Shown: positions 40,921-53,080 of the stretch, piece by piece
Layout of the letters: each line of letters begins with the position of its first letter
Numbering within the stretch: the stretch's first letter is position 1
Origin: a candidate division FCPU426 bacterium
GTDB taxonomy: Bacteria > Oederibacteriota > Muellerivitia > Muellerivitales > Muellerivitaceae
DNA length: 64,000 bases
NCBI GenBank assembly: GCA_963738405.1
Contig: CAVTWJ010000023.1
Location: 192,001-256,000, forward strand
Direction: 5' to 3'
Made by a program: the position numbers and the translations under genes
Notes under the pieces: model-generated
Seen by the model: the letters and a program-made list of their open reading frames with translations, nothing else
What the model was told of the DNA's origin: nothing
The model's database searches: none

Positions 40921-41268
40921 TTATTTTCCTTCATCCGTAACCACTACCTTGATGTGGCTGGTTCGATGATGTAAAGCGCTGGCTCTTCCCATGGCCCGGG
41001 GAATAAACCGTTTTGTGTTTTTCATCATGGGCCCTCCATCTACTTGGATGGAATGAACACGAAGTTTTTCCAAATCCACCCTTGTATTTTGACCCGCGTT
41101 CGCTACCGCCGCTTTTAATATTTTAGAAAGTTCTCCGGCGGCCCTTTTTTTGGTGAACGCCAAGATATTCAAAGCTTCAACAACAGGTTTGCGACGGATC
41201 AACCCCACCACTTGGCGGGCTTTACGCGGGGTTACCCTTGTGTATCGAGAAACGGCTTGTGCTTGCAT
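40921..41268 (-). CDS. rplV: 50S ribosomal protein L22
   Basis: TPRKAR, AVANA, PRAMGRA, TSHI. Confidence 0.97.
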   Translation of the reverse strand: MQAQAVSRYTRVTPRKARQVVGLIRRKPVVEALNILAFTKKRAAGELSKILKAAVANAGQNTRVDLEKLRVHSIQVDGGPMMKNTKRFIPRAMGRASALHHRTSHIKVVVTDEGK

Positions 41269-41282
41269 GTTTTCTCCTTGAC

Positions 41283-41570
41283 TTACTTCAAAGCCACGGC
41301 TTTTTCACTTTTAACCTGTCCATGATTCTTAAAGGTGCGCGTAGGAGAAAATTCTCCTAATTTGTGCCCCACCATATTTTCAGTGATAAACACGGGTATA
41401 AATTTCTTTCCATTGTGGATGGCAAAGGTATGGCCAACCATTTCAGGATGGACAGAACAACGCCTTACATAGGTTTTAATAACCTTTTTTTCATTACCCC
41501 GGTTCATTTTCTGAACAAGCTTCATCAGCTTTGCATCCACATAGGGCCCTTTTTTTAACGATCGGCTCAT
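41283..41570 (-). CDS. rpsS: 30S ribosomal protein S19
   Basis: [20 protein letters not shown]. Confidence 0.98.
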   Translation of the reverse strand: MSRSLKKGPYVDAKLMKLVQKMNRGNEKKVIKTYVRRCSVHPEMVGHTFAIHNGKKFIPVFITENMVGHKLGEFSPTRTFKNHGQVKSEKAVALK

Positions 41571-41605
41571 AGTTCCTTTTCCCTCGCCCCTTCAGTTTCC
41601 TGCTT

Positions 41606-42430
41606 CTATTTACGCCGCTTCACAATGAATTTATCGGTTAATTTATTCTGCCGAGTTTTATAGCCCTTGGTGGGTTTTCCCCAAGGAGTCGTCGGATGAC
41701 GGCCCCCCGACGATTTACCCTCGCCACCTCCCATTGGATGTCCGTCTCCAGGACGAGTCACCACACCTCGAGATTGAGGTCTTTCGCCCATCCAACGCAT
41801 GCGACCAGCTTTACCGATGGTGATGTTGTTATGATCCAAATTGCCTACCTGACCTACAGAGGCCATACACTCCACCAAAATCAAGCGCATTTCGCCCGAC
41901 GGAAGCTTAATAGTTGCATATTCTCCCTCCCGAGCCATCAATTGAGCCACCGCTCCGGCAGAGCGAACCAATTGAGCGCCTTTTCCTGGACGGATTTCAA
42001 CGTTATGAATCATCGATCCCAAGGGAATATCTTTTAATTTCATTGCGTGACCAGGTTTCACATCTGCACCCGGCCCGGAAATAACTTGATCACCCACATG
42101 CAAACCATCCGGGGCGAGAATGTATCTCTTATCTCCGTCAAGATATTGAAGCAAAGCAATTCGAGAAGAACGATTTGGATCGTATTCGAGAGCCACTACT
42201 TTTGCCGCCATACCAGGTTTATCCCGCTTCATATCAATAATTCGAAATTGACGCTTGTGACCGGCCCCGCGATGGCGACTGGTGATTCGGCCGTACATAT
42301 TCCGTCCGCCGGTACCCTTCAAAGGCTCAACCAAGGATTTCTCGGGCGCCTTCTTTGTCAGGTTTTCACCAGAAAGAGCCGTCATTCCACGTCGGCCAGG
42401 GGAAGTTGGTTTATAGGCTTTGATGGCCAT
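41606..42430 (-). CDS. rplB: 50S ribosomal protein L2
   Basis: EYDPNRS, RSAG, GKAGR, GGGEG, PWG. Confidence 0.98.
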   Translation of the reverse strand: MAIKAYKPTSPGRRGMTALSGENLTKKAPEKSLVEPLKGTGGRNMYGRITSRHRGAGHKRQFRIIDMKRDKPGMAAKVVALEYDPNRSSRIALLQYLDGDKRYILAPDGLHVGDQVISGPGADVKPGHAMKLKDIPLGSMIHNVEIRPGKGAQLVRSAGAVAQLMAREGEYATIKLPSGEMRLILVECMASVGQVGNLDHNNITIGKAGRMRWMGERPQSRGVVTRPGDGHPMGGGEGKSSGGRHPTTPWGKPTKGYKTRQNKLTDKFIVKRRK

Positions 42431-42432
42431 AA

Positions 42433-42729
42433 TTACGCTCCCTCGAAGAATTCAATTTTTTGTCCAGGCTTCAACGTAACAATAGCTTTTTTCCAACGAT
42501 AACCTTTTGACAAAAAACGTCCAAAACGGCGAACCTTCGCGGGAACATTGGCGGTATTAACCTTTAACACCTCTACCTTTTCTTTCTTAAAAATTTGCTC
42601 CACCGCGTTTTTTATTTCCTGTTTTGTTGCATCCGAATGCACCTCAAAAGAATATTTGCCCTTTTCTTTCATTAAAGTGCTTCGTTCGGTTACGAGAGGA
42701 CGAACAATGACCGTTTGAATTTTTTTCAT
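42433..42729 (-). CDS. rplW: 50S ribosomal protein L23
   Basis: [20 protein letters not shown]. Confidence 0.96.
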   Translation of the reverse strand: MKKIQTVIVRPLVTERSTLMKEKGKYSFEVHSDATKQEIKNAVEQIFKKEKVEVLKVNTANVPAKVRRFGRFLSKGYRWKKAIVTLKPGQKIEFFEGA

Positions 42730-43376
42730 TGAGCCTTCTCCTTTACTTGTGCAGAACTAGGAGCAGACAACAATTTCAAGGCTTCTTGCGTTAAAACCAA
42801 AATTTCATGATTTACAATTTCGTAGGTGTTTAGGTTTTCTCGAAACAAAACTTTTGTCTTAGGAAGATTTCTAAAGCTTTTTATCGTCGGAATGTGATTA
42901 TTATCCAGAACCAAAAGGCACTTTTTCCCTTCAATTCCCAATCCCTTTAAAAAGCCTAAAGCCAATTTTGTTTTCGGTGTTTCAAATTGAATTTTATCAA
43001 CCACCAAAATCTTACCCTGCTGAGCTTTATCCGACAGAGACTCAGCTAAGGCTTGACGCCTCATTTTTTTGGGAAGTTCCTTTGAATAATCACGCGGTTT
43101 AGGTCCATGCGCAATTCCACCACCCACAAATTGAACAGCTCTAATAGATCCTTGACGCGCATTGCCCGTCCCCTTTTGTTTAAAGGGTTTTTTTCCTCCG
43201 CCAGACACTTCGCCCTTGCGTTTGGTTTTGACGGTACCCAAACGTTGATTCGAAAGATGGGTTGTAATACTGCGCCACAAATGATGTTCGCGAGGCTTTA
43301 ATCCAAACACAGTTTCAGGAAGATCCACTTGGCCTGTGGTTTGGCCATTTGCATTGTAAACATTTGCTTTAGGCAT
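42726..43376 (-). CDS. rplD: 50S ribosomal protein L4
   Basis: KPFKQKGTGNARQG, GGGIAHGPKPR. Confidence 0.97.
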   Translation of the reverse strand: MPKANVYNANGQTTGQVDLPETVFGLKPREHHLWRSITTHLSNQRLGTVKTKRKGEVSGGGKKPFKQKGTGNARQGSIRAVQFVGGGIAHGPKPRDYSKELPKKMRRQALAESLSDKAQQGKILVVDKIQFETPKTKLALGFLKGLGIEGKKCLLVLDNNHIPTIKSFRNLPKTKVLFRENLNTYEIVNHEILVLTQEALKLLSAPSSAQVKEKAQ

Positions 43377-44031
43377 TTGATTTCACCTTATGTTGCTTCT
43401 TGACGCTTGGACGAACCGTAATAAGACCACCATCAGCCCCTGGAACGGCGCCTTTAACGAAAAGGAGGTTATTATCCGAATCCACTTTTATGACCCTAAG
43501 ATTCAATATCGTATTTCTATCAGTTCCCATATGTCCCGGCATGCGGGTTCCGGGATAGACGCGCGAGGGATCGGACGAAGCGCCAATACCCCCCGGCGCA
43601 CGATGAAACATGCTGCCATGAGAATTTCTTCCCCCTCTGAACCCATGCCGCCTAACCGCTCCCTGAAATCCCTTGCCCTTCGTGACACCCGTAACATCTA
43701 CCCATTGGACGTTTTTAAATATTTCTAGCGTTAACGCCTGTCCAACTTGAAAAGGAGAAACATCTTCAACTCGTATTTCTTGCAAAACAGCCTTCGGAGT
43801 TGCCCCCGATTTTTTAAAATGCGCCATTAAAGATTTAGTAGTGTGTTTTTCCTTTTTCTCGCCGTAACCCAACTGGAGGGCGTTATACCCCTCCTTTTCC
43901 TGACTTTTCTTTTGAATAATGACGCAAGGGCCCACCTCTAACACCGTTACATGTGTGGCTTTGCCATTTTCTTCAAAAAAGGTGGTCTGGCCCAACTTCT
44001 TTCCAATTAGGGGTTGAACGCTCTCACTCAT
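43369..44031 (-). CDS. rplC: 50S ribosomal protein L3
   Basis: GKGFQG, SHGS...HRAPG, KGAVPG; start MSESVQ at 44031. Confidence 0.97.
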   Translation of the reverse strand: MSESVQPLIGKKLGQTTFFEENGKATHVTVLEVGPCVIIQKKSQEKEGYNALQLGYGEKKEKHTTKSLMAHFKKSGATPKAVLQEIRVEDVSPFQVGQALTLEIFKNVQWVDVTGVTKGKGFQGAVRRHGFRGGRNSHGSMFHRAPGGIGASSDPSRVYPGTRMPGHMGTDRNTILNLRVIKVDSDNNLLFVKGAVPGADGGLITVRPSVKKQHKVKSNA

Positions 44032-44041
44032 GTTTTTTTCC

Positions 44042-44359
44042 TTACAGCTTGATCTCGACATCTACCCCTGCGGGCAGGTCGAGTTTCATTAGAGAATCTA
44101 TCGTTCTCTGATTTGGGTTTACGATATCAACTAATCTCTTGTGGGTTCTAACTTCAAACTGTTCCCTTGATTTTTTATCAACGTGCGGGCTACGTAAAAC
44201 CGTATACCGGTTAATTTCAGTCGGCAGGGGAACGGGCCCCAATACAATGGCGCCGGTTCGTCTGACCGTTTCTATGATTTCCACCGTCGACCTATCCAAC
44301 AACCGATGGTCGTAGGCTTTCAACTTAATGCGAATTTTTTGACTCGTGGCCGTGGCCAT
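44042..44359 (-). CDS. rpsJ: 30S ribosomal protein S10
   Basis: [28 protein letters not shown]. Confidence 0.98.
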   Translation of the reverse strand: MATATSQKIRIKLKAYDHRLLDRSTVEIIETVRRTGAIVLGPVPLPTEINRYTVLRSPHVDKKSREQFEVRTHKRLVDIVNPNQRTIDSLMKLDLPAGVDVEIKL

Positions 44360-44386
44360 TCTTCCCTCGCCTTTTCTTGGGTATCG

Positions 44387-45577
44387 TTATTCTATGATTT
44401 CGGTTACAACTCCGGCGCCCACGGTGTGTCCGCCTTCCCGGATGGCAAACCGTAGTTCTTTCTCCATCGCCACCGGTACGATCAACTCAATCTCCATCGT
44501 GATATTGTCGCCTGGCATGCACATTTCCGTCCCGCCCGGCAACTGCACACTCCCCGTCACGTCCGTCGTACGGAAGAAGAATTGCGGCTTGTACCCGTTG
44601 AAAAATGGCGTGTGCCGGCCACCCTCTTCCTTCGTCAAGACGTACACTTCGCCCTTGAACTTCTTGTGCGGATTAATCGACTTCGGCTTCGCCAGCACCT
44701 GGCCCCGCTCGATGTCTTTCTTGTCCACGCCACGGAGCAGGGCTCCGATGTTGTCTCCCGCCTGCGCGTCATCCAGCAGTTTCCGGAACATTTCCACGCC
44801 CGTCACCACTGACTCACGCGTCGGCTTAATTCCCACGATTTCAACCGCGTCCCCGACCTTCACCTTTCCGCGTTCCACGCGGCCTGTCGCCACGGTTCCA
44901 CGGCCAGTGATCAAGAACACGTCCTCGACCGCCATCAAAAAGTCCTTGTCCACATCACGCTTCGGCTCCGGTACATAGCTGTCCACCGCATCCATCAACT
45001 GAAAGATGGCCTTTTCACCCATATCGCTCGTATCGCCATCCAAGGCTTTCGTCGCCGATCCCTTGATCACAGGCGTCTTGTCCCCGGGGAATCCGTACTT
45101 GGTCAGGAGATCCCTGACTTCCACTTCCACCAGTTCCAACAGTTCCGCGTCGTCCACCATGTCGCACTTGTTCAAAAACACCACGATATAGGGCACACCC
45201 ACTTGGCGGGCCAACAGAATATGCTCTCTCGTCTGGGGCATGGGGCCGTCGGCCGCCGATACCACCAATATCGCTCCGTCCATCTGCGCCGCGCCGGTGA
45301 CCATGTTCTTGATATAGTCCGCGTGACCCGGGCAGTCCACGTGAGCGTAATGCCTCTTCTCGGTCTGGTATTCCACGTGCGACGTATTGATCGTCACACC
45401 GCGTTCCCTTTCCTCGGGGGCGTTGTCGATATCTGCGTATCCCTTAGCCGTTGCCCAGCCCTTCTTCGACAGCACCGTCGTGATGGCCGCCGTCAAGGTC
45501 GTCTTTCCGTGGTCCACGTGTCCGATCGTTCCGATATTCACATGCGGCTTCGACCTTACGAATTTTTCCTTCGACAT
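44387..45577 (-). CDS. tuf: elongation factor Tu
   Basis: [39 protein letters not shown] before ATG 45577. Confidence 0.99.
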   Translation of the reverse strand: MSKEKFVRSKPHVNIGTIGHVDHGKTTLTAAITTVLSKKGWATAKGYADIDNAPEERERGVTINTSHVEYQTEKRHYAHVDCPGHADYIKNMVTGAAQMDGAILVVSAADGPMPQTREHILLARQVGVPYIVVFLNKCDMVDDAELLELVEVEVRDLLTKYGFPGDKTPVIKGSATKALDGDTSDMGEKAIFQLMDAVDSYVPEPKRDVDKDFLMAVEDVFLITGRGTVATGRVERGKVKVGDAVEIVGIKPTRESVVTGVEMFRKLLDDAQAGDNIGALLRGVDKKDIERGQVLAKPKSINPHKKFKGEVYVLTKEEGGRHTPFFNGYKPQFFFRTTDVTGSVQLPGGTEMCMPGDNITMEIELIVPVAMEKELRFAIREGGHTVGAGVVTEIIE

Positions 45578-45619
45578 AGACACTCCTCCTCATCCACCTT
45601 TTACCAGGTGGGTTTAAAA

Positions 45620-47698
45620 TCAACCCTTCACTTTTGCAATAATTTCTTGCTGAACCGACTTAGGCGTTTCCGCATAATGAGCGAACTGCATCGTATAAGT
45701 GGCCCTACCCTGGGTCATCGAACGCAGGTTCGTGGAGTATCCAAACATATCGGAAAGGGGAACTTTTGAACGAATGGTTTGCATGGTTCCACGAAGTTCC
45801 ATTCCCTCTATTTTTCCGCGCTTTGATTGGAGATCCCCCATCACCGGCCCCATGAAATCATCGGGCGTCACGACTTCCACATCCATAACCGGTTCAAGGA
45901 TAATAGGATCTGCTTTTTTCATCGCTTCCTTAAAGGCCATGGAAGCCGCAATTTTAAAAGCCATTTCGTTCGAATCGACTTCATGATAAGAACCATCGGT
46001 CAAGGTAACCTTAAAATCCACCACCGGATAACCGGCAAGAACACCCGTATCCTTTGCTTCATTAATACCTTTTTCAACTGCGGGGATATATTCACGAGGA
46101 ACAGTACCGCCCACAACGGCGTTAACGAATTCAATTCCTTTACCAGGGGCTTGAGGTTCCATAGTGATGTAAACATGTCCATACTGACCGCGACCGCCGG
46201 TTTGACGAATATATTTCCCTTCGGCTTCCACACTCTTGCGGATGGTTTCGCGGTAAGCGACCTGGGGTTTACCTACATTTGCCTGAACATTAAACTCTCT
46301 CATCATACGATCAACGATGATTTCTAAATGAAGTTCACCCATACCAGCAATGATCGTCTGGCTTGTTTCTTCGTCTGTTTTTACCCTGAAAGAAGGATCT
46401 TCCTCCGCCAACTTGCTCAAAGCCATTCCCATTTTTTCCTGGTCGGCCTTTGTTTTAGGTTCTATGGCAATAAAAATGACAGGATCCGGAAACACCATCC
46501 GCTCCAAGATGATGGGATGATCTTCGGAACAAAGAGTGTCCCCCGTTGTAATAGCCTTGATGCCTACCGTCGCAGCGATATCACCAGAATGAACTTCTTT
46601 AATTTCTTCCCGCTTATTGGCATGCATTTGAAGGAGTCGTCCAACACGTTCCCGACTCCCTTTGGTTGAATTGTAAACATAGGAACCGGTCGATAAAGTG
46701 CCTGAATAAACCCGGAAATAAACCAATTTTCCCACATGGGGATCGGTCATGATTTTGAATGCAAGGGCAGAGAAAGGCGCTTCATCGCTCGTTTCACGGG
46801 TTTCTTCTTCATTGGTATCTGCGTTATGCCCCTTCACCGGCGGAATATCGATCGGAGAGGGTAGGTAATTAACCACCGCATCCAACAAAGGCTGAACGCC
46901 TTTATTTTTAAAAGCGGATCCACAAAAGACAGGATTAAATTTGTTAGAAATGGTCCCGATACGAATACACTTGTTGATTTCTTCCGAGGTTATTTCATGC
47001 CCGTCCAAGTACTTTTGCATGACCACATCATCATATTCAGCAACGGCTTCAACCAATTCATGCCGATATCTTTTGGCCTGTTCCAAATACTCGGCGGGTA
47101 TTTCTTCAATCTCAAACTTAGCGCCTAATGAATCGTCCAGCCAGCGATAACGCTTCATTTCAACCAAATGAATAATTCCGTCAAATTTATCTTCTTCTCC
47201 AACGGGTATTGCCACAGGATGGGCATTAGCGTTCAGTCTTTTACGCATGGCTTCAATGGCCCCAAAATAATCTCCGCCAATACGATCCATTTTGTTGACA
47301 AAGGCAATGCGCGGAACGCCATAACGAGTCGCTTGGCGCCAAACGGTCTCCGACTGAGGCTCAACCCCTTCTACCGCTCCAAACACGCCGATAGCGCCGT
47401 CCAAAACCCGCAAAGACCGTTCAACCTCAATGGTGAAATCAACGTGGCCTGGAGTATCAATAATATTGATCCGGTTATTTTGCCAAAAACAGGTCGTAGC
47501 AGCGGACGTAATGGTGATCCCGCGCTCTTGTTCTTGAGGCATCCAATCCATGGTAGCGGTTCCGTCATGGACTTCGCCAATTTTATGGGTGCGTCCCGTG
47601 TAATAAAGAATACGCTCGGTCAAGGTTGTCTTGCCGGCGTCAATGTGGGCCATGATCCCGATGTTTCGGGTCTTCGCCAGGGGAATAGGTCTTGCCAC
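45620..47698 (-). CDS. fusA: elongation factor G
   Basis: [29 protein letters not shown]. Confidence 0.99.
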   Translation of the reverse strand: MARPIPLAKTRNIGIMAHIDAGKTTLTERILYYTGRTHKIGEVHDGTATMDWMPQEQERGITITSAATTCFWQNNRINIIDTPGHVDFTIEVERSLRVLDGAIGVFGAVEGVEPQSETVWRQATRYGVPRIAFVNKMDRIGGDYFGAIEAMRKRLNANAHPVAIPVGEEDKFDGIIHLVEMKRYRWLDDSLGAKFEIEEIPAEYLEQAKRYRHELVEAVAEYDDVVMQKYLDGHEITSEEINKCIRIGTISNKFNPVFCGSAFKNKGVQPLLDAVVNYLPSPIDIPPVKGHNADTNEEETRETSDEAPFSALAFKIMTDPHVGKLVYFRVYSGTLSTGSYVYNSTKGSRERVGRLLQMHANKREEIKEVHSGDIAATVGIKAITTGDTLCSEDHPIILERMVFPDPVIFIAIEPKTKADQEKMGMALSKLAEEDPSFRVKTDEETSQTIIAGMGELHLEIIVDRMMREFNVQANVGKPQVAYRETIRKSVEAEGKYIRQTGGRGQYGHVYITMEPQAPGKGIEFVNAVVGGTVPREYIPAVEKGINEAKDTGVLAGYPVVDFKVTLTDGSYHEVDSNEMAFKIAASMAFKEAMKKADPIILEPVMDVEVVTPDDFMGPVMGDLQSKRGKIEGMELRGTMQTIRSKVPLSDMFGYSTNLRSMTQGRATYTMQFAHYAETPKSVQQEIIAKVKG

Positions 47699-47713
47699 GG
47701 AATTACCTCGAAA

Positions 47714-48184
47714 TTACCAGCGGTAGTGGGCAAAAGCCTGGTTAGCTTCCGCCATCTTATGCGTGTCTTCTTTTTTCTTGATTGCCGTACCTTGATTTTT
47801 AAAAGCGTCAGCAAATTCCGCAGCCAATTTTTCGGCAACGGTCTTTTCTTTTCTTGCCCGAGCAGCCGTTAATAGCCAACGGATCGCCAAAGAGGTTCGT
47901 CTTTCCGGCCTAATCTCAACAGGCACCTGATAAGTAGCTCCGCCCACCCTTCGGGATTTGACTTCTAAAACAGGCTTCACGTTATCAATAGCTGTTTTGA
48001 AAACATTCAATGCGCCTTCGCCATGTTTCTGCCCCAAAACGTCCATGGCGCCATAAAAGCTACGAGCCGCCACCATTTTTTGGCCATGGTACATCATTGA
48101 ATTTATAAATTTTGTTACCAGTTTGTTGTTATAGCGGGAATCAGCTTCAACTTCCCGTCTAGCAGCAACTTTTCTGCGGGGCAT
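47714..48184 (-). CDS. rpsG: 30S ribosomal protein S7
   Basis: RRVGGATYQVP, HKMAEANQAFAHYRW. Confidence 0.98.
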   Translation of the reverse strand: MPRRKVAARREVEADSRYNNKLVTKFINSMMYHGQKMVAARSFYGAMDVLGQKHGEGALNVFKTAIDNVKPVLEVKSRRVGGATYQVPVEIRPERRTSLAIRWLLTAARARKEKTVAEKLAAEFADAFKNQGTAIKKKEDTHKMAEANQAFAHYRW

Positions 48185-48194
48185 TTATCTCTCC

Positions 48195-48596
48195 TTAAAC
48201 TTTCGCGGTCTTAGCGGCCGCGTCTTTTTTGGGACGTTTCATTCCATATTTGGAACGACCTTGTTTTCGATCCGTCACGCCAGCCGCATCCAAGGTTCCG
48301 CGCACAATATGGTAACGAACACCCGGCAGATCCTTAACGCGGCCACCCCTTATGAGAACAATGGAATGTTCCTGCAGATTGTGGCCGACACCAGGGATAT
48401 AACAGGTCACTTCCATGCCATTGGTTAAGCGAACGCGAGCAATTTTACGAAGAGCCGAATTAGGCTTTTTGGGGGTCATCGTGGCGACCTTAACGCAAAC
48501 TCCCCTTTTCTGGGGACAAGCCTTGAGGGCCGGCGATTTGGTCTTATGTTTGCTTTTAGCCCGTCCAAACCGGACCAACTGATTGAGGGTCGGCAA
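48195..48596 (-). CDS. rpsL: 30S ribosomal protein S12
   Basis: TTG start PTLNQL with [26 protein letters not shown]. Confidence 0.98.
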   Translation of the reverse strand: MPTLNQLVRFGRAKSKHKTKSPALKACPQKRGVCVKVATMTPKKPNSALRKIARVRLTNGMEVTCYIPGVGHNLQEHSIVLIRGGRVKDLPGVRYHIVRGTLDAAGVTDRKQGRSKYGMKRPKKDAAAKTAKV

Positions 48597-48616
48597 GTCT
48601 TCCTCCAAGTCTCTCT

Positions 48617-48658
48617 AAAAAATAAAAAAGGCAAAGACAGTGAGCTCCGCCTTTGCCT
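48617..48658 (-). terminator. intrinsic terminator inside the rpsL 5' leader
   Basis: 12-bp stem AGGCAAAGGCGG/CTGTCTTTGCCT (2 GU pairs), 6-nt loop, followed by TTTTTATTTTTT. Confidence 0.8.
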
Positions 48659-48809
48659 CGGGAACGACACGAAACTGTCCGGAATAAATTATCCGGTGAA
48701 TCGTTAAGCAAAGCCCTCCTCTTGCTCACCATTTGAAGGGCCTAAAACCCCTTCAAAAGGAGGAAATTCTTCACTTTTCAGCCCAAAAGCTGTTCAAACG
48801 CGGACGGCT

Positions 48810-48838
48810 AAGATACCTAAAGGCCTATGCCTGGTCAA
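48810..48838 (-). promoter_or_regulatory. sigma70-type promoter for rpsL, overlapping the rpoC end
   Basis: TTGACC-17 nt-TATCTT on the minus strand. Confidence 0.6.
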
Positions 48839-51800
48839 GGCTTTTTTTATCCGAAAGCTCAGAATCACCTTTGAATTCAGGCTCGTCCAAAATCAATTCT
48901 GCTACCGGTGGAGCCGATGCAATCCCTGCAGGCAAAACTTCTTCCGGCTCGTCCACATCAATGGTCAATGTTCTATAGCTTGGACTGCCCGTTCCAGCCG
49001 GAATCAAATGCCCCATGATCACATTTTCTTTTAATCCACGCAGGTTATCTATTTTCCCTGAAACAGCCGCCTCAGTAAGCACCTTGGTGGTTTCTTGGAA
49101 ACTTGCAGCAGAAATGAAACTTTCTGTCCCCAAGGAAGCTTTTGTTATACCTAGGAGAATCGGACGAGCAGTAGCCAGTTTTTGATCTTTATCCAAAACT
49201 CTTTCATTTTCCTTCTTGAACTTCCCCTTATCTACCTGTTGTTTGGGAAGAAATTCTGTATCTCCAGGCTCTTGAATAACGACCTTCCTCATCATTTGAC
49301 GAACGATCACTTCAATATGCTTGTCATTAATACGAACACCTTGCAGACGGTAAACTTCCTGAACCTTAGCCAAAAGATACTCTTGAACAGCAGCTTCTCC
49401 CTGAACTTCTAGAATATCATGGGGATCGACCGCTCCATCTGTCAAAGCATCCCCCGCGCGAACGAAGTCACCCTCGTGTGTGTTCATATGCTTACCGTAT
49501 GGAATGGAATATTCTTCCTCTAAAGATTTCTTTCCTTCCACGTTGGTCAAAACAATTTTTTGATACCCCTTGGAGGCAGTACCATAAGTCACCGTGCCGC
49601 TAATTTTAGCAATCACGGCGTTATTTTTGGGACGTCTCGCCTCAAACAGTTCAGCGACCCGCGGCAGACCACCGGTAATATCACGAGTTTTCGAAATTTC
49701 CCTGGGAATCTTCGCCAACACATCTCCCGCCATGATTTTATCGCCATCCATAACGTTAATCAGAGACCCGGTGGGAAGTCGATAGCTTTTAATTGCTTCC
49801 CCAGTGGCAGGATTAAGTATCACACAACGGGGCGAAAGATTTTCATCTTTGTATTCCATAACAGCGCGTTCCATTAATCCGGTGGACTCGTCAATTTCCT
49901 CGCGAACCGTAACACCGCGAACCACATCTTGAAGTTTAATGGTTCCGCTAACTTCAGTGAAAATGGGAACTTTGTAAAGATCCCAATGGGCCAAGAGTTG
50001 CCCTTCCTTCACAGTGTCGTCTTCTTTCACCTTTAAAGTGGATCCGAAAGGCACCACGAAATTCTCCATGGCCCGGCCCTTTTCGTCATACACGGATATT
50101 TCACCGTTCCGGTTAAGGACGATGTATTCATTGTTACGATTTTCAACCAATTTCAAATTGTGGAATCGGACACGTCCATTTTTGGTTGATTCGGTTTTAG
50201 ATTGTTCCAAAGCGCGGCTTGCTGCGCCACCCACGTGGAAAGTACGAAGGGTCAACTGAGTGCCAGGCTCACCGATGGATTGGGCGGCAATAATGCCGAC
50301 GGCTTCACCAATTTGAACCAACCGGCCATTCGCCATGTTGACGCCATAACACTTGGCACAAACTCCCAGTTCCAATTCGCAGGTGAGGACGGATCGAACT
50401 CGGATTTGCTCGATTCCCGCCTCTTCCAATTTTTCGCCGATTTCCTCGGTGATTACTTGCCCCGACTTTACGATCACTTCGCTCGTTAGAAGATTCGCAA
50501 CGTTATCAACCGCGATGCGTCCCGCGATGCGATCTTTCAAAGGTTCTATGATTTCTATTCCTTCTTTGATCGCCCCGACCCGAATTCCATTAACGGTTCC
50601 ACAATCCTCTGCGTTGATAATGACTTCTTGAGCCACATCCACCAAACGACGTGTCAGATAACCGGCGTCGGCGGTTTTCAAAGCCGTATCCGCCAAACCC
50701 TTTCTGGCGCCATGGGTGGAAATGAAGTATTCCAAAACGGTTAAGCCCTCGCGGAAATTCGCAGTAATAGGCGATTCGATAATTTCACCGATGGATCCAG
50801 TGATTTTTTGAAGCGGTTTGGCCATCAATCCGCGCATCCCAGCCAACTGACGAATCTGCATCTTGGAACCGCGGGCGCCAGAATCAGCCATCATGTAAAT
50901 AGGATTGAATCCAAAAGCATCCCGCTTAAGGTTTTCAAACATAACTTCCGCAATTTCATCAGTGGTATGGGTCCAGATATCAATAACCTTGTTGTATCTT
51001 TCACCAGCGGTGATGATTCCTTTTTTATACTGGTTTTCGATTTCAGCGACTTCCTTGTAGGAACGCTTCAAGATTTCCGGCTTATCCTTCGGGATTTTCA
51101 TGTCCTCAATGGAAACCGTAATGCCAGCCCGTGTAGCAAAACGGAAGCCCGTGTCCTTGATGTCATCCAAGAGCTTTACGGTTATATCTTGCCCTAATTT
51201 TTCATAGCAAAGGGCAACCAGGTCACCCAATTCTTTCTTGGTCATAACCCGGTTCACGTAAGGCAGACCCTCGGGAATGATTTGATTGAAAATAACTCGG
51301 CCCACAGTGGTATCAATCAATTTGCCCTTGCGACGAACCTTGATCTTTGCGTGGATTCCGACCTTTTTTTCCTCAAAAGCAATAATCACTTCTTGAGCGT
51401 TGGAAAAAACTTTGCCTTCGCCTACATCGCCCGGCTTTTCTTTTGTCAGATAATAGGAACCAAGAACAATATCCTGAGTAGGGGTAACAATAGGACGTCC
51501 ATTTGACGTGGAATTAATGTTATTGGTAGACAACATCAAGTACCGGGCTTCCATCTGGGCTTCGCTTGAAAGAGGAACGTGGACAGCCATTTGATCCCCG
51601 TCAAAATCCGCGTTAAAAGCGGTACAAACCAACGGATGGATTTGAATAGCCCTTCCCTCAATAAGAACCGGCTGGAAAGCTTGAATGCCTTGACGATGCA
51701 GGGTCGGAGCGCGGTTTAACAGAACATGGTGATCTTTAATCACCTCCGCCAAAATATCCCAAACTTCAGGTTTTACCCTTTCAACCATCTTACGAGCGCT

Positions 51801-53069
51801 CTTTATCGTGTGAACATAACCTCGATCCTCAAGCTTTTTAATGATGAAAGGCTTGAACAGTTCCAAAGCCATTTTCTTCGGAAGCCCGCACTGATGCATT
51901 TTTAACTCCGGCCCTACAACGATCACTGAACGGCCGGAATAATCGACGCGCTTTCCCAATAGATTTTGGCGGAATCGTCCCTGTTTACCTTTTAACATAT
52001 CGGACAAGGATTTTAAGGGTCGGTTTCCCGGGCCTCGGACAGCGTGACCACGGCGGCCGTTATCTAATAAAGCATCCACCGCTTCTTGTAACATGCGTTT
52101 TTCGTTGCGAACAATAACCTCAGGAGCGTGCAATTCCAGAAGTTTTTTCAATCGGTTATTGCGGTTAATAACACGCCTGTAAAGGTCATTTAAGTCAGAG
52201 GTAGCAAATCTTCCCCCATCCAACGGAACGAGTGGCCGAAGCTCAGGTGGAATGACTGGCAAAACCTCAAGGAACATCCACTCCGGCTTATTGTCGCTCT
52301 TTCGGAAACTTTCAATGACCTTCAAGCGCTTAATAAGAGTTTTTCGCTTTTGTTCACTTGTCGTTTGCTTCATTTGGACCCGTAGCTTCTTGTCAAGATC
52401 CTCTAAATCAACAGCTCGGATCAAATCACGAACCGCCTCAGCACCCATTTTGGCTTTTAGCGAAGCCCCGTATTCAACCCGTAGCTTCTGATACTCATCC
52501 TCACTTAACAATTGCCCAATTTCCGCTGGAGCTTTACCGGGGTCAATGACCACATAGGATTCATAGTAAATAACTCGTTCTAGATTGCGAGTGGACATTT
52601 CCAATAAATACCCCATTCGCGAAGGCACACCTTTTAGATACCATATATGAGACACCAAACAAGCGAGTTCGATGTGACCCATGCGTTCCCTGCGTACTTT
52701 AGCCTGGGTAACTTCCACACCACAACGATCACAAATGACATCCTTATATTTAATCCGTTTGTATTTTCCGCAAGCGCATTCCCAATCCTTTGTAGGACCG
52801 AAAATCTTCTCACAAAACAAACCATTCTTTTCCGGCTTAAAGGTACGATAATTAATCGTTTCTGGTTTTTTCACTTCTCCATGCGACCAGGAACGAATCG
52901 TCTCAGGCGAAGCAAGGCCAATCTTGATGGCATCAAACCTTTGGGTTTCCCTCATCAAACTCTCTAATGCGGTTTTTTTCTCTGCAACCGGTAAAATGGC
53001 AGCTTCTATAGCTTCAACGGCCGCCACTTCGTTTTTTTCCTCAGGGGCTGTGGATTTTACTTGGCTCAT
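48825..53069 (-). CDS. rpoC: RNA polymerase beta' subunit
   Basis: [12 protein letters not shown], Zn finger, [13 protein letters not shown] followed by an SI3-like insertion; start MSQVKS at 53069. Confidence 0.99.
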   Translation of the reverse strand: MSQVKSTAPEEKNEVAAVEAIEAAILPVAEKKTALESLMRETQRFDAIKIGLASPETIRSWSHGEVKKPETINYRTFKPEKNGLFCEKIFGPTKDWECACGKYKRIKYKDVICDRCGVEVTQAKVRRERMGHIELACLVSHIWYLKGVPSRMGYLLEMSTRNLERVIYYESYVVIDPGKAPAEIGQLLSEDEYQKLRVEYGASLKAKMGAEAVRDLIRAVDLEDLDKKLRVQMKQTTSEQKRKTLIKRLKVIESFRKSDNKPEWMFLEVLPVIPPELRPLVPLDGGRFATSDLNDLYRRVINRNNRLKKLLELHAPEVIVRNEKRMLQEAVDALLDNGRRGHAVRGPGNRPLKSLSDMLKGKQGRFRQNLLGKRVDYSGRSVIVVGPELKMHQCGLPKKMALELFKPFIIKKLEDRGYVHTIKSARKMVERVKPEVWDILAEVIKDHHVLLNRAPTLHRQGIQAFQPVLIEGRAIQIHPLVCTAFNADFDGDQMAVHVPLSSEAQMEARYLMLSTNNINSTSNGRPIVTPTQDIVLGSYYLTKEKPGDVGEGKVFSNAQEVIIAFEEKKVGIHAKIKVRRKGKLIDTTVGRVIFNQIIPEGLPYVNRVMTKKELGDLVALCYEKLGQDITVKLLDDIKDTGFRFATRAGITVSIEDMKIPKDKPEILKRSYKEVAEIENQYKKGIITAGERYNKVIDIWTHTTDEIAEVMFENLKRDAFGFNPIYMMADSGARGSKMQIRQLAGMRGLMAKPLQKITGSIGEIIESPITANFREGLTVLEYFISTHGARKGLADTALKTADAGYLTRRLVDVAQEVIINAEDCGTVNGIRVGAIKEGIEIIEPLKDRIAGRIAVDNVANLLTSEVIVKSGQVITEEIGEKLEEAGIEQIRVRSVLTCELELGVCAKCYGVNMANGRLVQIGEAVGIIAAQSIGEPGTQLTLRTFHVGGAASRALEQSKTESTKNGRVRFHNLKLVENRNNEYIVLNRNGEISVYDEKGRAMENFVVPFGSTLKVKEDDTVKEGQLLAHWDLYKVPIFTEVSGTIKLQDVVRGVTVREEIDESTGLMERAVMEYKDENLSPRCVILNPATGEAIKSYRLPTGSLINVMDGDKIMAGDVLAKIPREISKTRDITGGLPRVAELFEARRPKNNAVIAKISGTVTYGTASKGYQKIVLTNVEGKKSLEEEYSIPYGKHMNTHEGDFVRAGDALTDGAVDPHDILEVQGEAAVQEYLLAKVQEVYRLQGVRINDKHIEVIVRQMMRKVVIQEPGDTEFLPKQQVDKGKFKKENERVLDKDQKLATARPILLGITKASLGTESFISAASFQETTKVLTEAAVSGKIDNLRGLKENVIMGHLIPAGTGSPSYRTLTIDVDEPEEVLPAGIASAPPVAELILDEPEFKGDSELSDKKSLDQA

Positions 53070-53080
53070 TTGTCCCCTCC

